64,000 bases of DNA from Eledone cirrhosa (lineage: Eukaryota): NCBI GenBank assembly GCA_964016885.1, contig OZ024748.1, positions 44,702,001 to 44,766,000 on the forward strand, read 5' to 3'. Of this stretch, positions 52,908 through 64,000 are shown piece by piece. Both the position numbers and the translations under genes were made by a program. A model generated the notes under the pieces. The model was not told the origin of the DNA. It saw only the letters and a program-made list of their open reading frames with translations, and did not search any database. The first letter of the stretch is position 1. Each line of letters starts with the position of its first letter.

Positions 52908-55900
52908 TTGGTAGAGACTTGAGTATATGTGATGTCTGTAGAAATGGTTGGTAGAGACTTGAGTATATGTGAGGTCTGTAGAAATGGTTGGTAGAGACTT
53001 TAGTATATGTCAGGTCTGTAGAAATGGTTGGTAGAGACTTGAGTAAATGTGATGTCTGTAGAAATGGTTGGTAGAGACTTTAGTATATGTGATGTCAGAA
53101 GAAATGGTTGGTAGAGACTTTAGTATATGTGATGTCTGTAGAAATGGTTGGTAGAGACTTTAGTATATGTGATGTCTGTAGAAATGGTTGGTAGAGACTT
53201 TAGTATATGTGAGGTCTGTAGAAATGGTTGGTAGAGACTTGAGTATATGTGAGGTCTGTAGAAATGATTGGTAGAGACTTTAGTATATGTGAGGTCTGTA
53301 GAAATGGTTGGTAGAGACTTTAGTATATGTGATGTCTGAAGAAATGGTTGGTAGAGACTTGAGTATATGTGAGGTCTGTAGAAATGGTTGGTAGAGACTT
53401 TAGTATATGTCAGGTCTGTAGAAATGGTTGGTAGAGACTTTAGTATATGTGAGGTCTGTAGAAATGGTTGGTAGAGACTTTAGTATATGTGATGTCTGAA
53501 GAAATGGTTGGTAGAGACTTGAGTATATGTGAGGTCTGTAGAAATGGTTGGTAGAGACTTTAGTATATGTGAGGTCTGTAGAAATGGTTGGTAGAGACTT
53601 TAGTATATGTGAGGTCTGTAGAAATGGTTGGTAGAGACTTTAGTATATGTGAGGTCTGTAGAAATGGTTGGTAGAGACTTTAGTATATGTGATGTCTGTA
53701 GAAATGGTTGGAATTGGTAGAGACTTTAGTATATGTGAGGTCTGTAGAAATGGTTGGTAGAGACTTTAGTATATGTGATGTCTGTAGAAATGGTTGGTAG
53801 AGACTTTAGTATATGTGATGTCTGTAGAAATGGTTGGTAAAGACTTTAGTATATGTGATGTCAGAAGAAATGGTTGGTAGAGACTTTAGTATATGTGATG
53901 TCTGTAGAAATGGTTGGTAGAGACTTTAGTATATGTGATGTCTGTAGAAATGGTTGGTAGAGACTTTAGTATATGTGATGTCTGTAGAAATGGTTGGTAG
54001 AGACTTTAGTATATGTGATGTCTGTAGAAATGTTTGGTAGAGACTTTAGTATATGTGATGTCTGTAGAAATGGTTGGTAGAGACTTTAGTATATGTGATG
54101 TCTGTAGAAATGTTTGGTAGAGACTTGAGTATATGTGAGGTCTGTAGAAATGTTTGGTAGAGACTTTAGTATATGTGATGTCTGTAGAAATGTTTGGTAG
54201 AGACTTTAGTATATGTGATGTCTGTAGAAATGGTTGGTAGAGACTTTAGTATATGTGAGGTCTGTAGAAATGGTTGGTAGAGACTTGAGTATATGTGAGG
54301 TCTGTAGAAATGATTGGTAGAGACTTTAGTATATGTGAGGTCTGTAGAAATGGTTGGTAGAGACTTTAGTATATGTGAGGTCTGTAGAAATGGTTGGTAG
54401 AGACTTGAGTATATGTGAGGTCTGTAGAAATGTTTGGTAGAGACTTTAGTATATGTGATGTCTGAAGAAATGGTTGGTAGAGACTTGAGTATATGTGAGG
54501 TCTGTAGAAATGGTTGGTAGAGACTTTAGTATATGTGAGGTCTGTAGAAATGGTTGGTAGAGACTTTAGTATATGTGAGGTCTGTAGAAATGGTTGGTAG
54601 AGACTTTAGTATATGTGAGGTCTGTAGAAATGGCTGGTAGAGACTTTAGTATATGTGATGTCTGTAGAAATGGTTGGTAGAGACTTTAGTATATGTGAGG
54701 TCTGAAGAAATGGTTGGTAGAGACTTGAGTATATGTGAGGTCTGTAGAAATGGTTGGTAGAGACTTTAGTATATGTCAGGTCTGTAGAAATGGTTGGTAG
54801 AGACTTTAGTATATGTGAGGTCTGTAGAAATGGTTGGTAGAGACTTTAGTATATGTGAGGTCTGTAGAAATGGTTGGTAGAGACTTTAGTATATGTGATG
54901 TCTGTAGAAATGGTTGGAATTGGTAGAGACTTTAGTATATGTGAGGTCTGTAGAAATGGTTGGTAGAGACTTTAGTATATGTGATGTCTGTAGAAATGGT
55001 TGGTAGAGACTTTAGTATATGTGATGTCTGTAGAAATGGTTGGTAAAGACTTTAGTATATGTGATGTCAGAAGAAATGGTTGGTAGAGACTTTAGTATAT
55101 GTGATGTCTGTAGAAATGGTTGGTAGAGACTTTAGTATATGTGATGTCTGTAGAAATGGTTGGTAGAGACTTTAGTATATGTGATGTCTGTAGAAATGGT
55201 TGGTAGAGACTTTAGTATATGTGATGTCTGTAGAAATGTTTGGTAGAGACTTTAGTATATGTGATGTCTGTAGAAATGGTTGGTAGAGACTTTAGTATAT
55301 GTGATGTCTGTAGAAATGTTTGGTAGAGACTTGAGTATATGTGAGGTCTGTAGAAATGTTTGGTAGAGACTTTAGTATATGTGATGTCTGTAGAAATGTT
55401 TGGTAGAGACTTTAGTATATGTGATGTCTGTAGAAATGGTTGGTAGAGACTTTAGTATATGTGAGGTCTGTAGAAATGGTTGGTAGAGACTTGAGTATAT
55501 GTGAGGTCTGTAGAAATGATTGGTAGAGACTTTAGTATATGTGAGGTCTGTAGAAATGGTTGGTAGAGACTTTAGTATATGTGAGGTCTGTAGAAATGGT
55601 TGGTAGAGACTTGAGTATATGTGAGGTCTGTAGAAATGTTTGGTAGAGACTTTAGTATATGTGATGTCTGAAGAAATGGTTGGTAGAGACTTGAGTATAT
55701 GTGAGGTCTGTAGAAATGGTTGGTAGAGACTTTAGTATATGTGAGGTCTGTAGAAATGGTTGGTAGAGACTTTAGTATATGTGAGGTCTGTAGAAATGGT
55801 TGGTAGAGACTTTAGTATATGTGAGGTCTGTAGAAATGGTTGGTAGAGACTTTAGTATATGTGATGTCTGTAGAAATGGTTGGTAGAGACTTTAGTATAT

Positions 55901-57295
55901 GTGAGGTCTGTAGAAATGGTTGGTAGAGACTTTAGTATATGTGATGTCTGTAGAAATGGTTGGTAGAGACTTTAGTATATGTGATGTCTGTAGAAATGGT
56001 TGGTAAAGACTTTAGTATATGTGATGTCAGAAGAAATGGTTGGTAGAGACTTTAGTATATGTGATGTCTGTAGAAATGGTTGGTAGAGACTTGAGTATAT
56101 GTGAGGTCTGTAGAAATGGTTGGTAGAAACTTTAGTATATGTGATGTCTGTAGAAATGGTTGGTAGAGACTTTAGTATATGTGATGTCTGTAGAAATGGT
56201 TGGTAGAGACTTTAGTATATGTGATGTCTGTAGAAATGGTTGGTAGAGACTTTAGTATATGTGATGTCTGTAGAAATGTTTGGTAGAGACTTTAGTATAT
56301 GTGATGTCTGTAGAAATGGTTGGTAGAGACTTTAGTATATGTGATGTCTGTAGAAATGTTTGGTAGAGACTTGAGTATATGTGAGGTCTGTAGAAATGTT
56401 TGGTAGAGACTTTAGTATATGTGATGTCTGTAGAAATGGTTGGTAGAGACTTTAGTATATGTGATGTCTGTAGAAATGGTTGGAATTGGTAGAGACTTTA
56501 GTATATGTGATGTCTGTAGAAATGGTTGGTAGAGACTTTAGTATATGTGATGTCTGTAGAAATGGTTGGAATTGGTAGAGACTTTAGTATATGTGATGTC
56601 TGTAGAAATTGTTGGTAGAGACTTTAGTATATGTGATGTCTGTAGAAATGGTTGGTAGAGACTTTAGTATATGTGATGTCTGTAGAAATGGTTGGTAGAG
56701 ACTTTAGTATATGTGATGTCTGTAGAAATGGTTGGAATTGGTAGAGACTTTAGTATATGTGATGTCTGTAGAAATGGTTGGTAGAGACTTTAGTATATGT
56801 GAGGTCTGAAGAAATGGTTGGAATTGGTAGAGACTTGAGTATATGTGATGTCTGTAGAAATGGTTGGTAGAGACTTTAGTATATGTCAGGTCTGTAGAAA
56901 TGGTTGGAATTGGTAGCGACTTTAGTATATGTGATGTCTGTAGAAATGGTTGGAATTGTTGTTGTTGTTGTTGTTACAGCTCACACCTATACAGGTTTAG
57001 CTGGCCTCCTCCAAGGGTGATTTAATGATAGGGACCCCAGTCCTATCATCTCATTTCTATAGCTGAGTAAACTGGAGAAACGTGAAATAAAGTGTCTTGC
57101 TCAAGGAAACAACACATCACCCGGTCCGAGAATTGAACTCACAACCTTTCGATTGCAAGCCCAATGCTCTAAACATTAAGCCATGCACCTCAGTTTGAAT
57201 TAGTAGAGACTTCAGTATATGTCAGGTCTGAAGAAATGGTTAGAATTAGTAGAGACTTCAGTATATGTCAGGTCTATAGAATTGGAATTGGCAGA
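52908..57295. repeat. 40-bp satellite (~100 units), interrupted near its right end by a SINE
   Basis: Unit tggtagagactttagtatatgtgaggtctgtagaaatggt; diverged units resume at 57195-57295. Confidence 0.98.
56957..57191 (-). mobile_element. SINE family A variant with (CAA)n tail inserted in the 40-bp satellite
   Basis: Matches 40745-41001 apart from an internal deletion. Confidence 0.88.
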
Positions 57296-57299
57296 GAAA

Positions 57300-57716
57300 T
57301 GGCAAACTGATGAAAAGGGTCCAGTTTAATCAGGACAATTCTCCAGCACACAAATCCTTGCTTTCAAAGACCTGCTGTGCAAGACTGTGGCTTTGAATTG
57401 GTTGATCACCCTCCCTATTCTCCTGATTTGGCCCCATCTGATTATCATCTGTTCCCCAACATGAGAAAACACTTGGCCGGGAACCAGTCTCACTGTGATG
57501 ATGATGATGATGATGATGATGACATCATATCTGCTGTTCATGACCTTTTTGACCAACAGGATGAAAGCTTCTTCAGCAATGGGACCCAAGGTCTGCACGA
57601 CTGATGGAAGAAGTGTGTGGTCTGTAAGACGGAAAATGTTGACAAATAAACCTCACTTGGTGACATTCCATGAGAGTATCTTGGTCAGCCTACAATCTTT
57701 TCAGTTGACCCTTGTA
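57300..57716 (+). mobile_element. Mariner (DD34D) transposon 3' fragment with right TIR
   Basis: QDNSPAH..HPPYSPDLAPSDYHLF..WKKCV; ends in cttttcagttgacccttg-TA; in-frame (GAT)n expansion. Confidence 0.92.
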
Positions 57717-57746
57717 TATATATATATATATATATATACATACATA

Positions 57747-57825
57747 CAGGGTGTGCCCCCCAAAATGTATACACACTTTGATGATAATGCTGTTGAAGTA
57801 TGTATATATTTTTTGGGACACCCTA
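57747..57825. mobile_element. Tiny Tc1/mariner-type MITE
   Basis: TA-cagggtgt..aaaatgtatacacactt / aagtatgtatatatttt..ggacacccta-TA terminal inverted repeats with a short spacer. Confidence 0.75.
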
Positions 57826-57911
57826 TATATATATATATATATAAAACGTGGTTGGTCTTAGGAAGGGCATTCAGTCATAGAAAACCTGCTATACGAGCGA
57901 AAGGACCAATC

Positions 57912-58018
57912 TTGCCTCAAGTGGGATAGTTGCCTCAAGTGGGATAGTTGCCTCAAGTGGGATAGTTGCCTCAAGTGGGATAGTTGCCTCAAGTGGGATA
58001 ATTGCCTCAAGTGGATAA
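57912..58018 (+). repeat. 18-bp tandem repeat (ttgcctcaagtgggatag x6) inside an RTE 3'-UTR fragment
   Basis: The motif occurs once in the LINE UTR at ~46998 and again at ~63883. Confidence 0.88.
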
Positions 58019-58079
58019 TGGCATCCGACCCTCTACCGATACTGCCAATCCACAATAATAATTATAATAATAATAATAA

Positions 58080-58265
58080 TAATTGTTTCTACTTTTGGCA
58101 CAAGGCCAGCAATTACCCAGTGCATTACTGGTACTTTATTTTATCGACCCTGTAAGGATGAAAGGCAAAGTTAACCTCAGCAGGATTTGAACTCAGATCA
58201 GAAAGAGGCGTAACTCTGTGCTACAAAGCATGTTGTCCGACCCTCTACCGATACTGCCAAACCAC
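58080..58265 (-). mobile_element. SINE family B, full length, with a head fragment at 58020-58052
   Basis: Matches the other copies. Confidence 0.88.
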
Positions 58266-58462
58266 ATAATAATACAAGGACAATTTGTTAAGCCTTCATT
58301 ATGTTTATTGATTGGTGACACGTGTTTCGCTATTGATCTGCTCAAGGTTTGATCTGTATCGATCTGGCCTGATTCTGGAATCAAAAGCTTGTCGGACCTC
58401 TGCTGTTGTAATGTATGTATATATATCATCATCATCATTTTACGTCCGCTTTTCCCTGCTTG

Positions 58463-58503
<41 letters not shown>

Positions 58504-58714
58504 TACACACAAAGGAAAGGGAATCTATTTCCAGGTCGATGTACCTTTTAGAAGATATATTTATTTATTTATTTAGCTGATATATAGAGGGTGTGAGAGT
58601 GAGGGAAGGAGAGAAAGAGTTAGAGAGAGATACAAATGAGAAGAAAGTATAAGGAGGTATACACACACACAAACACACACATATATATATGATATATATG
58701 ATATATATATATAT

Positions 58715-58795
<81 letters not shown>

Positions 58796-58798
58796 CTG

Positions 58799-60625
58799 GT
58801 AATACTAGAAGGGGCCATACCAAAAGATTGGTGCAGTAGCATCATTGTCAACTGCTACAAAGGCAAAGGCGATGCACTAGATAGAGGAAACTATAGAGGT
58901 ATAAAGTTGATGGACCAGGTCATGAAAGTAACAGAAAGAGTTATAGCACAGCTGATTAGTGACCGGGTGAATATAGACGAGATGCAATTTGGGTTTGTAC
59001 CAGGAAGAAGCACCACTGATGCCCTCTTCCTTGTGAGGCAATTACAGGAAAAGTACCTAGCTAAAAGTAAGCCACTCTACTTGGCATTTGTCGACCTTGA
59101 GAAAGCCTTTGACAGAGTTCCACGTGCTGTAATCTGGTGGGCTCTTAGAAAACTAGGAGTAGATGAATGGCTTGTGAAAGCGGTACAAGCCATGTATAGG
59201 GGAGCAGTCAGCAAAGTTAGGATTAGCAATGAGAATAGCGAGGAATTTAGCGTACAGGTTGGAGTCCACCAGGGCTCTGTTCTTAGCCCTCTCCTGTTCA
59301 TCATAGTCCTGCAGGCAATAACGGAGGAGTTTAAGACCGGATGCCCATGGGAACTCCTGTATGCTGATGACCTCGCACTCATAGCTGAATCTATGGTAGA
59401 ACTAGAGAATAAATTCCAAACCTGAAAGCAGGGACTAGAGAGAAAGGGTCTCAAAGTCAACATGACAAAGACTAAGGTCCTTGTAAGTAGACGAGAAAAC
59501 AGAACCCAGATCCCCTCGGGGAAATGGCCTTGCTCAGTATGTAGGAAAGGTGTAGGTAGGAACTCCATTCTCTGCCCCAAATGCAAACAATGGGTGCACA
59601 AGAGATGTAGCGGGATCTCAGGAAGCTTAATTAAGAATGTAGGATTCACATGCAGCAGCTGTGCTGAAACAGCAAGCAGCAAACAGCCACAGGAAACAAG
59701 TACCACCAATCTCTGGGAGGGCCCTGTAGAAACAGTAGACAGCTTCTGCTACCTAGGTGACCGAATTAGCAACGGAGGTGAGTGTTCAGAAAGTACAATA
59801 ACTAGGGTAAGAACGGGATGGAAGAAGTTTAGGGAACTACTACCACTGCTAGCTGCAAAAGGCTTCTTCCTCAGAATGAAAGGCAGACTGTATGATGCGT
59901 GTATCCGAACAGCGATGTTGCATGGTAGTGAGACCTGGGCGCTGAAGGTGGAAGACTTACGTAGATTAGAGAGAAACGAAGCCTGCATGCTCCGATGGAT
60001 GTGTAACAGTAATATACGTGAACGACAAAGCATAAATGAATTGAGAGAGAGACTGAGCATAAGAGGAATCAAATGGTGTGTGCAGGAGAGGCGGTTGCGC
60101 TGGTATGGACATGTGATGCGTATGAAGGATGACAGCTGCATAAAAAGGTGCAGAGCACTAGAAGTTGATGGAAACCGCGGAGTGGGGAGACTCAAGATGA
60201 CCTGGGATGAGGTGACAAAAGCCGACCTTACCCAATTACACCGCTCAAAGACAATGACACACGACCGTGACTTCTGGCGTCACGCAGTAATACAGAGTAC
60301 CCGACCTCCCATGGGTACATGCTGAAGCATATAAACAATATGCCCCCACACCCCCCACCGCAAGGTGGTCGTGGAGGTGCCACGGCAAAAAAGCACCCAG
60401 CCCACACTGTAAAGTGCACGTGTAGGCGCCACGAAAAAGCACCCAGCACTCACTGTAAATGAGGTTGGTGTTAGGAAGGGCATCCAGCTGTAGAAATCAA
60501 GCCAGATCAGTTCCTGTATGAGCAAGGCATGGTCAGCCGACCAGACACTGCACACAATAGGACAACCCGTCTAACCCATGCTAGCGTGGAAGAACGGACG
60601 TAAAACGGTGATGATGATGATGATG

Positions 60626-60627
<2 letters not shown>
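58799..60627 (+). mobile_element. RTE/BovB-like LINE, 5'-truncated (related subfamily)
   Basis: DLEKAFD, HQGSVLSPLLF, YADD, Cys-rich finger, RLRWYGHV; one in-frame TGA at 59423-59425; (GAT)n tail. Confidence 0.96.
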
Positions 60628-60656
<29 letters not shown>

Positions 60657-61944
60657 TAAAATTAGTCCTTCATCAGTGATCTTCCAGCCTTCATTGGTAT
60701 TCCATCGCTTTAAAGATCATATACCTCTGGTTGTTGCAAGCAACAGGCTAAAGAAAGTCGTTGGGACACGTAAAATAGGGTGAAACGAGTGAGACATGTA
60801 AACAAACAAAGATGGTAATGCAACGAAAAGTGAGGAAGAAGGAGTCAAGTGCCTGAAATCGATGAACTTAAGTTCTGTGAAATCGTAGACGAGAGATAAA
60901 GACCATCCAACGTGAGTGAAATGTGAGCGAGAAAAGGATTTCATATATATATATATACTCCCCCACCAACAAAAATACACACACATGCACACGCATACAT
61001 ATGTATATATATGTGTATATATATATATATACACACATATATATATATATTTATTAAAATTTATTAAAATAACAGATTAAAGTTTAAGCAAAGAATCACT
61101 GCTTTCACCCTTAACGGGATCTTCTGAAACTAAAAAAATCAATCCATGAACGCAGAAGTAAATATTTCGAAAAACGCTGCAACCGAAGGAAGACAGGAAG
61201 ACTATACTTTCGTTCGTGGAAACGTTCCCTGGCAAAGAACGGGAAAAAAACGAAGATGATACGTCATTATTTGGTGCAGTGAAAACAATTTCACGCAAAG
61301 ACAAAACGACGTTTATGGTATAAATGAAGTCGTAGACTAATATTCTATTAGGTGGTTTATGGAGACGTTCTCTGGCAATGAACGGAAAAAAGCGAAGATA
61401 ATACATCATTATGTGGAGCGATGAGAACAATTACTCGCAAAGATAAAACAACGTAAATGGTATAACTGAAGTCGTAGACTAAAATTCTATTTAGGAAACT
61501 GAATGATTCTCGGCTTCAGAGTTAAGAATAATGTAAATAAATTACAGAGGTAATTGAAATCAACAAAAATTAAATATATACATGCACGCATCCATATACA
61601 TACATACACAAGCATACACAAAAACACCCGCCATGGGTATGCAAATATAAGCATGCACACAAAAAAACATGCACGCACATACAGAACCCACGCAACACCT
61701 GTACCCGCACACATACGAATGTATATACCAAATAAACATAAAAAAATATATAAAAATATATATATGTATATATGTGTGTATGTATACATATAATTATATA
61801 AACGTATATAAATATACACACATAAATACGTATATAACGCGTGCACACACATACCTCTTTGGATTTTAGTCTTCAAATTTATTATTATTACTATATATAT
61901 ACTGATAATAAATGTGAAGGGGAGAATTGAAGTCAAAGGATTAT

Positions 61945-61983
<39 letters not shown>

Positions 61984-62160
61984 AAAAAGTGATAGAAAGA
62001 AAATGTTACACAACAGAGGAATATTTGACCAATCCAAATATGTAATATATAATATATATTAGGTGTATTAGTATATATACAGCATTACTATATATACTGT
62101 ATGTATATACATATATATATATATTGAATATTATGCAAGAAAATCCAAAAGTCACTAGAC

Positions 62161-62253
<93 letters not shown>

Positions 62254-62318
62254 TATGTGTGTGTATATATATGTGTATATAGATGTATATGTATGTATAT
62301 ATATATGTACATATATTA

Positions 62319-62552
62319 TTTCCTTGAGCAAGACACTTTATTTCACATTGCTCCAGTTTACTCAGCTGTAGAAATGAGATGATAGGGACTATCGTGGAGG
62401 TGCCACGGCAAAAAAGCACCCAGACCACACTGTAAATGAGGTTGGTGTTAGGAAGGGCATCCAGCTGTAGAAATCAAGCCAGAGTCAGTTCCCGTCCCAC
62501 CCTTGCAAGCAGGGAAAAAGCGGATGTAAAATGAAATGATGATGATGATGAT
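62319..62552 (+). mobile_element. SINE family A, 5'-truncated
   Basis: Core and tail match 48064-48399. Confidence 0.88.
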
Positions 62553-62613
62553 ATACACACATATATATACAATGATATTAAATAAATGGAAACTATATTT
62601 ATAAAACCATATT

Positions 62614-62674
62614 TATTCTATTATATATATTTCAAGGGTACCAAAACTTTGGTACGCTCTCATCAGATAAAATA
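62614..62674 (-). ncRNA. Type I hammerhead motif, same family as 17060 (element 62566-62773)
   Basis: Ribozyme sequence identical to 17060-17120; element ends in a short snap-back hairpin at 62713-62770. Confidence 0.8.
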
Positions 62675-62771
62675 CAAAGTTTGTTTTATAAATGTTGACA
62701 TACCCAGGAATGAGATCTTAACGGTTCGAGTTTTTCTTGGATAGAAAAACTTGAACCGTTAAGGTATCTTT

Positions 62772-62852
<81 letters not shown>

Positions 62853-63038
62853 GAAGTAATTCCGTCGGAAAAGTCCAGGAAAAAAGAGTGCTCTATGTAG
62901 GTAACAGAGCTTAATAGTTATGTAATAAACAACATAATGCAATTATTCCATTTACCAGTGGTTTCTTAAAAGCAAAAAATTTTGCTTTCAATCCTCAGAA
63001 TGAAAATATCCTGGTCTGTTTATTAAATTTGAAATTTT

Positions 63039-63082
<44 letters not shown>

Positions 63083-63282
63083 CACATACACTCACACACA
63101 TACATATATAAGGTCACTAGATCATTATATAATATATATATATATATATGTATGTATATATTATGTATGTGAGATACAAGTCGTCACCAACAACCTGTCC
63201 AGTTAAGTACTGACCTGTTCTGTGATGACCAGTCAAACCCCTGCTAACAGGGAAAACAGATGCTATGTGTGTGTGTGTGTGT

Positions 63283-63333
<51 letters not shown>

Positions 63334-63409
63334 TGGATATATATATATAGATAGATAGATACTTGTAAATACACATGCATACATACATACATATATATAT
63401 GTATATATG

Positions 63410-63440
<31 letters not shown>

Positions 63441-63483
63441 CTCTATATATATATATCTCTATATATATATCTATATATATATA

Positions 63484-63522
<39 letters not shown>

Positions 63523-63945
63523 GTATCTATATATATATATATATCTATATATATATACATACATATTTATATTTATAAATATCTGTACTGTAATATATAG
63601 TGTATGTATATACATGTGTGTATATATTTATGTTGTGTGTATGAATCAGAGAATGTGTGTATATATATCTATATATATATATATAATAGTTAACTTTTGA
63701 TTATAAGCATATAATATAAAATAAGAAAGATAGTCATTTTATACATACATCCACACTCACACACACATATATATATATACACACTGACATATATAGTCGT
63801 ATACACACATATATATATATATAAATAGTGTCCACTCTTATGAAACACAAAGCATGAGCAAGACACGGTCACCCATCCCAATTTGCCTCAAGTGGGACAA
63901 ACCTGTCCAACCCATGCTGTATATATATATATTATATATATATAT

Positions 63946-64000
<55 letters not shown>

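Noticed and set aside
57377-57604. Host SETMAR-like gene
   Set aside because: Only the transposase C-terminus with frameshift and stop, followed by a TIR; no SET domain

Overview
Repeat-saturated, AT-rich animal genomic DNA, not prokaryotic. The SINE families and the extreme microsatellite density suggest an octopus or other coleoid cephalopod; this is inference from remembered repeat sequences, not from a search. No intact host gene is recognisable, and nearly all ORFs in the track are microsatellite artefacts. Real coding remnants are all from transposons: a Penelope-like element (RT plus C-terminal GIY-YIG, ~17.2-19.8 kb), a near full-length L1/Tx1-type LINE (26.5-31.8 kb, minus) nested in a minisatellite inside a probable TTAA-ended DNA element, two long and several short RTE-clade LINEs, a second GIY-YIG fragment and a mariner transposase fragment. 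There are at least three tRNA-derived SINE families and five large tandem arrays. The most interesting signal is a set of type-I hammerhead ribozyme motifs: five with the full CUGANGA/GAAA core and all three stems, plus several degenerate ones. They sit in short Penelope-type terminal fragments that lie in (TA)n microsatellites, often form fold-back inverted repeats, and share an ACTC...GAGT(G/A)C 3' motif. Coordinates were read by eye and may be off by a few bases.
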